From Anthoceros angustus (Eukaryota > Plantae > Anthocerotophyta), in NCBI GenBank assembly GCA_010909165.1, contig MU008183.1, positions 496,001 to 560,000 of the forward strand: 64,000 nucleotides of DNA, read 5' to 3'. Under the pieces are notes generated by a model. The model was not told where the DNA came from. It saw only the letters and a program-made list of their open reading frames with translations, and made no database searches. This document shows, piece by piece, positions 48,900-61,341 of the stretch (its first letter is position 1; each line of letters starts with the position of its first letter). A program made the translations under genes and the position numbers.

Positions 48900-51800
48900 T
48901 GGCTTGGTTGTCGGTTCTTCCTCATCACTGGGAAAACCTCATGCCCTTATCCGATCAATGAAAATGGTGCTTCTTTGCTCGGTCGATGGCGATGCAATTG
49001 CGGCCTTCCAATAATCTTTGCCAATATACGCCGCTCCGAGCACCCATCTATTACCCACTCCCTCTCTCCGTGAAAAGGTCATAGCGGAACCATAAGCCCT
49101 ATTGGTTTACGGTAAGGGTTTACAACATGTCCATCGTTTGACACATTCAAAAGTTTCTTCACGACGTGTCTAATGAAAGCGGGCATGGCTCAATCTCCCG
49201 ATGCCTTTGTTGCACGCATTTCCTCATATCTTGACGGTAGGGTGGACACCATACCCTCTTGTAAAATATTCACAATTCTCATATAGACCTTCATCGCAAT
49301 TAAATTATCTTTCTCCCACACCATGGTATAAACACCCCACAAGACACCATTTACGCGGCGCATTCGACGTCACGCATCGATCCGGACCATGCATAAATAC
49401 CACTCGAAAGGTTTTGCAGACCGTTACCGTCATGAACCCATCCATGATTTTTTCATAATCTTCGGATGTCATCTCCTCGATCCGTGATTCGACACATTCC
49501 CTCTTGGCAAATCAACAACCAGCTTTGTATTCCGCTTTCCAAGATAGCCGCCATTTCGCGAATATCACCGATAATTACTTGGTACGACTTTTCTGTTTGC
49601 TTTTTGGGACTTGGGCGTGGATAGTTTAGCATCATTGTCCTCCTCTGCTAATTCTCTCGAAGGTCTTCCACCCTCTTCCGGTTCCTTCTTTGCGTTGATA
49701 TGCTCTTTGAAGCTATCTCGAATGACTTTTCTTTGTACTCTTACACTGCTTCAAAAGTGCGAGTACCAAAAAGCATTGTGAAACTTGACAATGATGGGGA
49801 TGCGCAAACAAGTGCGCGCACCTAATCCATAGTACCCGATAGCGAGAATAACTTACGATGTGGTCGAAAACCGGTTGAAACTTTGCGATATCATCCGTGG
49901 TCAGTCGTGGGTACTCTCTCTCAACCTCGCAAATGACGACACCGTAAACCCGAGCTTTGTATCACATTTAACTTTTTGCCTTTATGATCCACGTCTTCAT
50001 GCCGCTCACGCTTAACTCTCCACGAATTACTTTCTCCGGTCGAGAGCATAATCCGTTCGCCTCTCCGAGGCATTCTCGAACACCCACTTGATTCGTCGCA
50101 TGCATTGGCTTTACAATAAGATTCGGATCTCGCTTCGTTCAGTTCGGGCACGCGTTTGATTTCCTCTTTGCTGCCTTTTTGCGGTTTCCTGCTCTGCTTC
50201 TTTCTCCCACACCATGGTATAAACACCCCACAAGACACCATTTACGCGGCGCATTCGACGTCCCGCATCCGATCCGGACCATGCATGAATACCACTCAAA
50301 GGTTTTGCGGTTCATCATGAACCCATCCATGATTTTTTCATAATCTTCGGATGTCATCTCCTGATCCCAGGATTCGACACATTCCCTCTTGGCAAATCAA
50401 CAACCAGCAGTTTGTATTCCCGCTTTCCAAGATAGCCGGCCATTTCGCGAATATCACCAGTAATTACTTGGTACCTGACTTTCTGTTTGCTTTTTGGGAC
50501 TTGGAACGTGGATAGTTTAGCATCATTGTCCTCCTCTGCTAATTCTCTCTGAAGGTCTTCCACCCTCTTCCGGTTCCTTCTTTGCGTTGATATGCTCTTT
50601 GAAGCTATCTCGAATGACTTTTCTTTGTACTCTTACGCTTCAAAGTCTGCGAGTACCAAAAAGCATTGTGAAATTTGACAATGATGGGGATGCGCAAACA
50701 AGTGCGCACCTAATCCATAATGCCGATAGCGAGAATAACTTACGATGTGGTCGAAAACCGGTTGAAACTTTGCGATATCATCCGCCGAAAGTGCCGTGGG
50801 TACTCTCTCAACCTCTCGCAAATGACGACACCGTAAACCCGAAGTCGTTTGTATCACATTTAACTTTTTGCCTTTATGATCCACGTCTTCATGCCGCTCA
50901 CGCTTAACTCTCCGAATTACTTTCTCCGGTCGAGAGCATAATCCGTTCGCCACCTCTCCGGAGGCATTCTCGAACACCCGCCATTCGTGCATTGGCTTTA
51001 CAATAAGATTCGGATCTCGTGATTCGAGTTCGAGGCACGTTTGGATTTCCTCTTTGCTGCCTTTTTGCCTTTCCTAGCTCACCTTTCTCCCAAAGGTCGA
51101 ATACTTCATCCACCCTATCCCAGACATGCGCCGGGACACTCGCAATGCAGAGCACAGCAGTTTTCTGGTCTACCAACCGCTGCATATCTTCACGGTCTGC
51201 GGCATCCCCGATCACGCCGAGCATCCTGTACAGATTGTATTTCCAGTCCATAGTAATGTTAACGCCATCCGCAGCCGCAATCTTCATCTCATCGTGGATG
51301 TATCGAACTTGCTCGATGAAAGACATCCGTTTCCTGAAATCGGCCTTTACATTGTGATCCGTTGCCAAACATCTCATCTCGGCTTGCGTCAACCCGGCAT
51401 AGATATGGGCTTCCATATATTGGTAGTGCGAATTCTCCGGGTCCTCGGCATATAGTCTCTGGAAAGCATAGAAGCTGTGATTTCCTCCTAAGACTCCCAT
51501 AGTGTATTGTTGTTTCTTCAGCTTATCCTTATCGTAGTCGTCGACTGTTGGGCACTCTCTTGGGTCTATCATACAAAGCAGGGGAAGTACTCCTTCTTGC
51601 ACTGGTCCCTTTTTTATTTCTCGGAGAAGATGTTTTCCCCAAGACTCATCTACTCTTCTGATTTGAGCATCTCGGGTTAAATAATCAGCGCTTCTCAGCT
51701 TGGTGATGGCAACCATGTCCGTGTGAGGGATGCATCTCTTCTTGTGTCTTGACTCCGGTTGGTTGAGAGGATCCCTTACTGCGCTCCACTCTATCGTTAT

Positions 51801-52418
51801 ACATCATCGCTTTTGTAATCACTCGCCCGATTGCGGACTATTGTCCTCGTCGGTATCGTAGCCCTCTTCACGCTTTTGCCCTTGCCTTTCTTTTCACAGT
51901 AGTGTCGAACAATTTCCTGAAGATCCTCCTCTGTGTCCTCGTCTTGGGTTACATTCGCCTTTCTTCGCCTTCTTCTCTTTCGTGATATATCCCTTTGCTC
52001 TTTCGCCTTGGATACAGCGGATGTTTTCTAGACTCTTCAATATTTGTTCTGCTGATGGCAAGAACAACTGATTTTTGGATGCATTTGAGGACCGTTTGGA
52101 TAGTCCCTCACTTTGGGTCTCCTCATTCCTATTCATCTCAGCTTGGGCGTTCAAACCCACGGCTTCAACATCCGCCTCCTCATCGTCTGCTCCCTCCTCT
52201 TCGCGATCCCCACTATCTGCTTCATCCTCAACCTCTCTATCCAGTGGCGCTTCATACCTTTCGGTATCTTGGTCCATGGAGTCTTCGTCGGATAGTTCTT
52301 CCTCCATAGCTGCAGACGACGGCGGCTTAGCAGATGTTGCAAATTGCAGCCGTCTTCCTTCCGCTGCCTTCTCCACAATAGGTTGACCACCCACAGCTTC
52401 GTCGGCCATCTTTGTCAT
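48900..52418 (-). CDS. Element B ParB/Srx + beta-class amino-DNA-methyltransferase fusion (frameshifted; ~49300-50050 duplicated at ~50200-50950)
   Basis: Acidic N-terminus MTKMADE...; ParB-like VLPLLCMIDP..VLGGNHS..ATDHN (50904-51716). YQVITGDIREMAGYLGKREYKLLVVDLPRG (DLPRG at 50384-50398 and 49499-49513), VVNPYRKPIGLM (~49095-49125), EWVIDGCSG (49034-49060) and GRNCIAID (48982-49005). Confidence 0.78.
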
Positions 52419-52544
52419 AATTAAGCCAACTACGATCTCTTTGCGGAGAAACGTCAGGGCATTCACAAACGTCTGTGAAGAAAAAACCAGAAGAGGATTA
52501 CCATCCCGCCGGCAAAAAATTGAACAATGGAACACAACTGCACA

Positions 52545-52965
52545 AGCACGGCGGCGGGATGGCGGTGCGCGCACATGTGCGCGCACCATGGGCCCCGGAG
52601 GCGGGATGGCGGTGCGCGCACATGGCGCGCGCACCATGGGCCCCGGAGGCGGTGCGCGCACGCGCGCGCGCGCACTTGTGCGCGCGCGCGCGCGCGCACA
52701 TGGCGCGCACTGCGCCGGCGGATGGCGGTGCGCGCACTTGTGCGCGCCGGAGGCGGGATGGCGGTGCGCGCGCATGCGCGCACCATGGGCGGCGCGCATG
52801 CGCGCACCATGGGCCCCGGAGGCGGGATGGCGGTGCGCGCATGCGCGCGCACGCGGCCCCGGAGGCGGTGCGGCGCACTTGTGCGCACCATGGGCCCCGG
52901 AGGCGGGATGGCGGGGAGGTGGGGGCGGGAGGTGGGGGCGGTGCGCGCGCATGTGCGCGCACCGG
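52545..52965. repeat. GC-rich minisatellite (GCGCACWTGTGCGC dyads, ccatgggccccggaggcgggatggcggt units)
   Basis: Directly visible. It lies between gene X and the ParB-MTase start. Confidence 0.9.
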
Positions 52966-53059
52966 CATAGAGGGGCCTTTGGTGCACAAGAGCGCCGAGG
53001 CGGCCTATCCTTCAAACCACTCAAAGTTAGACGAAAACATAGAATTAAGCTCACCTTGT

Positions 53060-53799
53060 CTAGTGTAAGAGCAACGTCAAGTCCACATCCTCGGTCCGTG
53101 TGTTGCGTCTACAATCAACTTGTCCGCTCAAGACAAGCATCCGATGACAATTAGAAGTCTTCATGTAAAACTTCTCTTTCATAGTGCAGATCAAAAGCTT
53201 CACTCTCACATTTGATCTGACTTCGTACTTCCAAGCCCATAGAATGTAGCCCACCACTATCTTCTGTGTCTTCAACACGTCCATGTATCCATTGACCCAT
53301 AACACTGGGATTGGATCAAAGTTGGCCTGAGTGGAATCAGTACCTTCTTCATGGATGCACCATTCCTTGTCAAGTAGACCTTGTTCAGGAAGATGCGCAC
53401 ATATCTCCTTCAAGGCAGTCCTTTCTCGCGAGGTGAAAGGGTTCTCGAGCGTAGTGCACGGAACAATGCCTAATTGTCAAACAATGTCCGGGTACTATCT
53501 TGACTAACCCGGATGCTCCCTTGACCTCTTCTTCCCTTCTGAAGCCCCTTGGGACGCTCCACTCTTCCCTTGGGAGTGCCCATGGCGGTGCGCACTTGTG
53601 CGCGCACCATGGGCCCTTGGGCGCGCCTTGAGGTTTCTGCACCACCTGTGCCATCACCCCCCTGTGCCTTCCCCCGTTTCCCAGCAGCCCTTGCCTCGGC
53701 CTGTGCATCGTTTCGCTTTCGCTTGGAGGGAGGTTGCTGTGGAGGATGGTCCACTACGTTGGCGTGCTTCGCACGGACTTTTCTCCCACTACTTGACAT
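53060..53799 (-). CDS. Element B orphan gene X
   Basis: MSSSGRKVRAK..PPSKRKR basic N-terminus. The core NPFTSREEDCLKEICAHLPEQGLLDKEWCIHE...ANFDPIPVLWVNG aligns with element A gene X. Confidence 0.55.
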
Positions 53800-54039
53800 A
53801 TCTGGAATCAAAAACACGCAGGAATGAAAATCGGCCACATGTTAGCAACTGTCCGTAGAGAATACAATTTAAGGGGCACCAACCTGCTATTTCGCAATTC
53901 TCAAGAAGGTGGGTGATGATTCTTGCAGAATCCTGCGAGAACACACGTTTCACACCCTCTCGATGGAGAGCCTCCGCCCTGTTTCCTGCAAATCACCAAA
54001 ACATTTTCATTGTATCAGATTATGAACGACGAATCATTC

Positions 54040-55780
54040 GGCATGCCCTTAGGCGCGCTTGTGGAAGCCCGAGGGCACGCCCTTCGGAGGAACATGTGGG
54101 CATGTCCTTCGGAACGCCATTGGGCGCGCCCTTGAGCACGACCTTGGGCGCGCCTGTGGGCACGCCCTTGGGCAGGCCCTTGGGCGCGCCCATGACCACG
54201 CCATGGGCACGCCCGCCCATGGCCGCCCATGGCGGCCCTGGGCGCGCCCATGGCCATGGCCATGGGCGCCCATGGGCACGCCATGGCACGCCATGGCCGC
54301 CCTCGGGCGCCCATGGCCATGGGCGCCCTGGGCGCGCCCAGCCATGGCACGCCATGGCGCCTGGCGCGCCATGGGCGCCCAGCCATGGCGCGCCCAGGCG
54401 CGCCCAGCCATGGCGCCCATGGGCGCGCACGCCCTTGGGCGCCCTGGGCGCCCATGGCACGCCTGGCGCCTGGGCACGCCCAGGCGCGCCCATGGCAGCC
54501 CTGGCGCCCGGGCGCCTGGCAGCCCTGGGCGCCCATGGCCGAGCCCTGGGCGCCATGGCACGCCTGGGCACGCCTGGCGAGCCCTGGGCGCCCATGGCAG
54601 CCATGGCCCTGGGCGCCTGGCGCGCCATGGCCATGGCGCCATGGGCGCGCCATGGCTGCCCTGGGCGCCATGGCACGCCATGGCGGGGCCATGGCGCCCA
54701 TGGCGAGCCCTTGGGAGTGCCCATGGCACGCCCTTGGGCGCAGGCGCGCCATGGCCGAGCCCTTGGGCACGCCATGGCCATGGCGCGCCCATGGCAGCCC
54801 TGGCGCCATGGCGCCCATGGCAGCCCTGGGCGCGCCCATGGCTGGGCGCCATGGCTGCGCCATGGGCACGCCATGGCGCGCCCATGGCGGCCCTGGGCGC
54901 CCATGGCGAGCCCTGGGCGCCCATGGCGAGCCCTGGGCGCCCATGGCGAGCCCTGGCGCCATGGCGCCTGGGCGCGCCCTGGGCGCCATGGCCAGCCCTG
55001 GCGCCCATGGCGCGCCCATGGCGGCCATGGGCGCCCATGGCGAGCCCTGGGCGCCCATGGCAGCCCTGGGCGCCTGGGCGCCCATGGCGCCTGGGCGCCA
55101 TGGCAGCCCTGGGCGCGCCCTGGGCGCCACGCGCCATGGCGCTCGGCGCCCATGGCGAGCCCTGGGCGCCCATGGCGAGCCCTGGCGCCCATGGCGAGCC
55201 CTGGGCGCCCATGGCGAGCCCTGGGCGCCCATGGCGAGCCCTGGCGCGCGCCCTGGGCGCCATGGCCAGCCCTGGCGCCATGGCGCCTGGGCGCGCCCAT
55301 GGCGCCTGGGCGCCTGGGCGCCCTTGGGCGCCATGGCGCGCCCATGGCAGCCCTGGGCGCCCATGGGCACGCCATGGCGAGCCCTGGGCGCGCCCATGGC
55401 AGCCCTGGGCGCGCCATGGCCATGGCCATGGCGCGCCCATGGCCGCCATGGGCCCTTGGGCCGCCCATGGCAGCCCTGGCGCCAGGCGCGCGCCATGGCG
55501 GCCCTGGGCGCCATGGCTGTGCCCTTGGGCCGCCCATGGCGGCGCCTCAGGCGCGCCTGGCGCCTGGCGCGCCCAGGCACGCCTGGCGCGCCATGGCACG
55601 CCTGGCACGCCATGGCTGGGCCTGGCGCCATGGCCATGGGCCCTTGGGCGCGCCATGACCACGCCATGGCCAGGCTCTCCGAGATTCAGAGGCTCACCGA
55701 GATTCAGAGGCGCTTGTGGAAGCCCGAGGCACGCCATGGCCATGGCGCCCATGGCGCCTGGGCGCCCTTGCCTCCAATCG
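54040..55780. repeat. ~1.75-kb extremely GC-rich cryptic satellite built from CCATGG, GGCGCC, GCGCGC and CCTGG words
   Basis: For example, (cccatggcgagccctgggcg)n at ~54890-54955 and ~55150-55245. It sits between the divergent gene X and transposase starts. Confidence 0.95.
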
Positions 55781-56142
55781 CAAATCCCAAATCCTGGATG
55801 CACACGGTGATATAAGACTGAGACTGCGCACCGCGCCCAAGGGCCCTTTGGAGCAAACCCTAAAAACGGGCTCTTCCCGTTTTTTTGGGTGCCATCGGTT
55901 AATATGGAACCATGGTTAATTAACTAGGCTTGAACCCTGACTGGTTTAACCAAGGGTTAAGTAACCTGGGGTTTACTATACTTTGCCGGCGTCGGGTTGC
56001 CGTTGCGAGAGTTTATTTTGTGGCGGCTGTCATCATGTCCAACCATGAAGTCCCCTAATTTGAACGTTCGGATTACGGGGCCACTATCCTTTTTCACATT
56101 CTCCTCTCATACCGTGTGGGCACCTTCATCTAGCATACAGCA

Positions 56143-59100
56143 ATGCAGAGCCCTTCGAAACATATGGCAAAATCGGGGGGGAAGCGGCATGGCATTCGGT
56201 TGCGGGCGACGCGGAATGTAGAAGACAGTTGCAGGAGCGGTTTCAAATCGCCTCGGGAGAGTGGGCATCGAGACATCGCGCACAGGTTCGCTGTTATGGA
56301 TACGACGCCTGATGCTTCTATTCCAAAACGGGTAATGGTCATGGATACGACTCCATTAGAGAATGACGGAAGTTCTTCTTTCCCAAGGCCTAATCTTTTT
56401 GACAGCATACCGGAACAAGGAAGTGGCCAGGACGTGGATCTCGCAGCCAGAGAAGATGCTCTCAAACGGCGCCGGCTATTCTCTGATGCGACAGACGAAG
56501 ACGTTTCCACTGTTCCATCGGAAGATTGCGACATCATTGACGGTGGTTTTGGAGGACTTCGAGCAAACTTCAATCCCAAAGCTTTGTCGGAGACTTTCGT
56601 GCAGGCCAGCCCTCAAAAACGTCGGCAATATCCCAGCAGACGGTGGAAGCGTGCGCAAAGGTTGTGTTCTACTGAGCAAGTTCAGAGTGCATGGTCGTCG
56701 CATTGTTGTAGCAAAGGATGTTTGCTGAAAGTTGGAAGGAAACATATAGAAAACCTCAGGTATCGCTTCTTGGGAATGGGTCGAGAAACAGAGGCGTATT
56801 TGGAAAGTCTGCTTGAGGCAGTCCAAGTCGATCTCGACACAACAAAGGTGATCAACTACCTTCCGGAGACCGAGAACGCAATGTTGTGTTCGAAGTTTTC
56901 GCAAGGTGTTCTGCATTGGATGGAGAAGGTATCACGATCTGACGAACAGGGTTCTCCGGAACACACCATGGTCATCAGAAATGAAGGTCCAAGCCCGTCC
57001 AAAGCAAGACCATGTGCTAGAATGCATTGCTTGGATGGACCAATTTTTTAAGATAACTGCAGAGCGCATGCCAAACGTTGCAGTGTTCAACCTGCCTGAC
57101 TCCTATACGAAGGGCGAGATCTTCCAAGACTACAAACGGGAGGTGGCACGGGCAGGGATGTCAAACGTATCTCACTCTCATTTTTGCGCATTATGGAAGA
57201 TGCACTTCCCGAATGTCAAGATCCCAAAGTGCAGCCGCTTTTCCAAATGTGTACAGTGTGAAACTATCAAGACGGCCATTGATTCTGACGGATCGGCGAG
57301 ACCAAGGTAGGTCAAGTGCGCGCAAGTGCGCGCAAGTGCGCGCAAGTGCGCGCAAGTGCGCGCAAGTGCGCGCACTTGCGGGCCGCGGAGGAGTGCGCGC
57401 AAGTGCGCGCGCAAGTGCGCGCAAGTGCGCGCGCAAGTGCGCGCAAGTGCGCGCGCGCAAGTGCGCGCAAGTGCGAGCAAGTGCGCGCCAGTGCGCGCGC
57501 AAGTGCGCGCAAGTGCGCGCAAGTGCGCGCAAGTGCGCGCAAGTGCGCGCAAGTGCGCGCGCGCGCGCGCGCGCAAGTGCGCGCAAGTGCGCGCCCCTCC
57601 TTGCGAAAGTGGGAGCCCTATCTGCGCGCACTTATTCTCCCGCTATGCAATATACGAATCTCACATCTTCATGGTTTCTTTGGCAGAACGTTTGGAGAGC
57701 GAACTGCGGTCGCACAGAGTTCAGTTAAAACAAGAGCGACTGAAGCTAGCGAAGCATCGGCTGAAGTGCGCGGGACAACCCAGCCGATATATTGGAATTG
57801 CTATAGATGGTATGGACCAGAGCAAGACCGAGCTCCCGCACTTCACAGGGCCTCCAAAAGATTTCGCCGATGGGTTAATTCGTGTTCATGTTGTTGGTTG
57901 TTTGGTATACAATAATGTGATGAAGACGAAGGTGTATGTCAACTATCCGAACATCCGCAATGATGCCAACCTGACGATACATATTATTCAAGATATTATA
58001 CTCAACTATGACGGTGTCTTGCCAAAGACACTTTACCTTCAATTGGACAACACCGCGAGAGAACAAGAATATCTTTGTTGTTTGCATATCGAGTATCTTT
58101 GGTGAAGAAGCGGGTATTCGAGAAGGTTAAAGTTGGATTCCTTCTTGTCGGGCACACCCATGATTCAGTGGATCAAATGTTCTCTTGTTTTTCAAAAAGT
58201 CTAAGACATAAGAAGGCAATGTCGCTACCAACTCTGATGACGCTTATTGAACAAGCGTATACCCCAAATCCAGAAGTGAAAGTGATTACCGGTGTTGCGG
58301 ATTTCCGAAGGTATGTATGGCCTTCTGGGATGGGTAAAAGGGGGGCACGGGATGCTGCAGTTGGACGTTTGAACAACCATAGTTATCAACATCAATTTAA
58401 AATCACGAGGAAGAACGCGCAGGCGGGGCCATGGTTGTAGTGCTTCGCGGCAAATATTTATCAACCACACCTCACTGGGAACCCGACGAGGGACTTGAGT
58501 TTCTTCGCCTCATCCCGAAACCCCATCTGGGGCACCTCTGTGCACTACAAGTACATGGGAAAGCTCCAGATCCCAACCCTCATAGATCATTGGATGGCAT
58601 CAGGAAGGCACTCGAAGAGCCGATGCAGAAATACCTTACCAGTGCCGACAAGATATGGTGGAACGGCTTTTGGGAGTCACAAGCGCTGATTTGTACAAAA
58701 ATCTCCAGTGGCGTCGACCATGAGCTAGAGATACCATGGCAGTGGTACAATCGGGTAGAGGCTGAGCGAAATAGCGATACCATCCTTGTGCCGGATGTTC
58801 TGCTTCTCTCGGGTCCAGTAGCAAGGACCGTAGGGCCAAGGCAAATGTACCTTGGTAATTATATCCCGAAGGCAGCAAGGGCAAGGGAAAGTGCACGGTT
58901 AGACGGAGATGTGACTGAGATCCAGCGTGGCCATATGATTGCCGTTGCATGTGAGGCGGATGACCAAAACAGGCCTTTTTGGGTTGCAGAGGTGGAGAAC
59001 CTAGATTTCGACTGTGACGAACCGTACCTAGTCGTGCAATGGTGGGTTACGAGAACAAGAATGCATTTGAAGGCCGATATATACCAAGAGATTTTGCCAC

Positions 59101-59567
59101 GTATGCGGACAAGAATGCTCTCGTCAAAGGCGGAAGCGTCAAAACATCTCGATTGCCTTGTGGTGGCGGAGACCTTTATTCTTTCATATGGGTTTGCCCC
59201 GACGCGAGAGAGCACGCTTTATGTGAGAACCCAAGAGCTCATAAAGACCAAGCTATTTGAACTCCACCATATGCAAATCGGGGAAGCTGGGAATAAGGAC
59301 AACGGCCCAGCCCACCACCTTGAGGCGCGAGGAGAAACGTTTCACCACACAGTCATGGTCAATGATATTAAAACCCAAGACCATGTTCGAGTTGAGGATG
59401 ATCCGCCAGTCCATGCTGGCCAAAGCATTAGTTCTGGACCAATTGCGAGACGGACACGCGGACGAGGTAATGGAGATCCTAACCCAGTCGGGGTTTTTGA
59501 AGGCATGTTTGAAGATAGCTCCCAACCAGGCGTCCGACGGACTAGAAGGAAAAAACGGGCAGCGTAA
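56143..59567 (+). CDS. Element B transposase (DDD/E, DUF7869/Sola-like) with a GT-AG intron at 57307-57686; frameshifted
   Basis: HCCSKGCL, RFSKCVQC, YIGIAIDGMDQSKTELPHF, LYLQLDNTARE, KVGFLLVGHTHDSVDQMFS, and C-terminal GHMIAV...RPFWVAEV...VVQWW. Confidence 0.85.
57314..57597 (+). repeat. (AAGTGCGCGC)n microsatellite inside the element B transposase intron
   Basis: More than 20 units of gcgcgcaagt directly after the CAAG|GTAGGT donor. Confidence 0.95.
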
Positions 59568-60075
59568 TGACCATGTTTGTCCTCTGTAATTGCGATCCCT
59601 CATGGTAGATGGAAGAGATGATCTTCCTGCACACCAGCCATTGAGTATCACCTACATTGGAATAATAGCGATTTTGCATTGCAGTTGATTTGCAAACTTC
59701 ATCTGTCCAATAATTTCATATGTTAATCATTCTCTGGATAGCAGACCCAATATATAATTCTGTGCATCATGAACGTTAGTGCACGCACTTGTGCGCGCAC
59801 TCATATCTGGATGCAAGCCGGCCGAGCAAACCCCACGTTCTGGATGACATGAAGACATGCTAAAAAACCTAGCAAAACACATATTTAATTTCATTCACAC
59901 CTCCTTAAATGGCTCTTTCACTGCCTAAATGGAGGTAATGGGGGCCGTAACATGCGTAATCGCACTCGAAGACATCACTGTATTCCAAGTCAAGTGCACA
60001 TGCTGAAAACCAGGAAAACATCCCGCCGGGGCGTTTTTGCCTAAAAAAAGACGGACTTTTTGCCTAAACCCCTTA

Positions 60076-60110
60076 TTACCGGAGAAACCCCTTTCTACCC
60101 AGACGCTGTT
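60076..60110 (-). repeat. Right TIR of element B
   Basis: ttaccggagaaacccctttctacccagacgctgtt followed by aatt. Confidence 0.92.
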
Positions 60111-60964
60111 AATTGCTGGAGAGATTCAACATGAAGGACGCGAAGTCGGTATCAACTCCAGTGGCATCAGGAGAGAAGGTATCTGCAGCAGACTGCCCCA
60201 GTACACGTGAAGAATCAATGGAGATGTCAGCCATCTCGTACAACGAGGCAGTAGGCAGCCTACTTTACCTCTCAATCTGGACAAGACCTGACGTTGCACA
60301 AGCTGTGAACGTGGTATCCAGATATTTATCGAACCCCGGGAAGGCTCACTGGACCTGCGTCAAGCGCATCCTTCGCTACCTAAAGAAGACCAAGTCCCTT
60401 GGACTCATCTACAGAGGTGACCGCTCTACCAAGCTCACTCTAATCTCCTTCTCAGACGCAGATTGGGCGGGAGATCCAGATGCGCGAAGACCTATAGCAG
60501 CCTACTGCACAGGCATCAACGTCTGTACAGTGTCATGGGCGTGCAAGAAGATGCAAACAATCTTTACCTCATCAACGGAAGCGGAGTACGCGGCAACAAC
60601 GTTGGCAGCCAAGGAGATTCTGTGGGTGAGGCAATTCCTGCACGATATAGGCGAGGACCAGGATCAGCCCACATAGCTATTCTGCAAGAATCTATCGGCC
60701 ATAGCCATGACACTCAACCCTGTGCTGCACGCAAGGACCAAGCACGTGGAGATCCAGCACCACTTCATTCGGTAAGTGGTGGCCAACAAGCAAGTCGCCT
60801 TAAGCTACATCAACATGAATGACAACACCGCCGATCTGCTGACAAAGGGCCTACCCAAGCCACTTCACGACAAGCATACTGAAGGCATCGGACTGGTGAG
60901 CAGAGAATCTTATCTGAGCATCCCCTTCGCAGCTGCCAGTGCACAGAAAGGGGGAGCTCCTTAG
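60111..60964 (+). pseudogene. copia-2 RT end and RNase H
   Basis: LLERFNMK, VGSLLYLSIWTRPD, FSDADWAGD, RTKHVEIQHHF, ADLLTKGLP. Confidence 0.9.
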
Positions 60965-61115
60965 CTCCGTCAGCACGACTCTGCTCCACCACTGCCAACA
61001 TCCTGCTTCTGCTACTTCGACCTTCCACCTCTGCACCTGGAAGATCGAGGACGAGGTTGAGATACGTGTGGGAGATCGACGCCATCACAAAGACCTTGGA
61101 ATCCGCGAGGGGAGT

Positions 61116-61341
61116 GTTGAGTAGAAACTCGCGCCACGATTGGACTTTAGCACCTAAGAGTTATTAGGGCACGTTTCGTGCATAGGTAGATAAATGTTTT
61201 AGTTGTCAAGAGCGATTACATTGGTTACGCTAGCACTCGACAGTAGTGTGGTTACAACCGCATCTCAGACACTAGATGTACAGCATTCTCGCTTAAGCAG
61301 TTCAATCATCATAGCTCAATCTAGCATCTTGCTTGGCTTTA
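61116..61341 (+). repeat. 3' LTR of copia-2
   Basis: Preceded by a PPT and followed by the TSD tgtca. Confidence 0.9.

Larger units (their letters stand above)
48216..60110. mobile_element. Element B: 11.9-kb TIR DNA transposon, same family as element A
   Basis: 35-bp TIRs at 48216-48250 and 60076-60110 (32/35 match). TSD AATT at 48212-48215 and 60111-60114. Removal restores the copia RT sequence HYVNQLLERFNMK. Confidence 0.92.
42953..61341 (+). mobile_element. Ty1/copia LTR retrotransposon (copia-2), interrupted by DNA transposon B
   Basis: LTRs at 42953-43177 and 61116-61341. Perfect 5-bp TSD TGTCA (42948-42952 and 61342-61346). PBS tggtatcgagcc at 43178-43189 and PPT gagggggag at 61107-61115. 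Confidence 0.93.

Noticed and set aside
52441-53154. ORFs rich in CAR/ARA repeats
   Set aside because: These are translations of the GC minisatellite. The plausible start of the ParB-MTase gene is at 52418, downstream of it.
53913-55815. Six overlapping 500-580-aa Ala/Pro/Trp/Arg/Gly-rich ORFs
   Set aside because: They arise in nearly every frame because the GC satellite lacks stop codons. They are low-complexity, with no domain signal.
57078-57915. ARKCAQVR-repeat ORFs on both strands
   Set aside because: These are translations of the intronic (AAGTGCGCGC)n microsatellite bounded by GT-AG sites.
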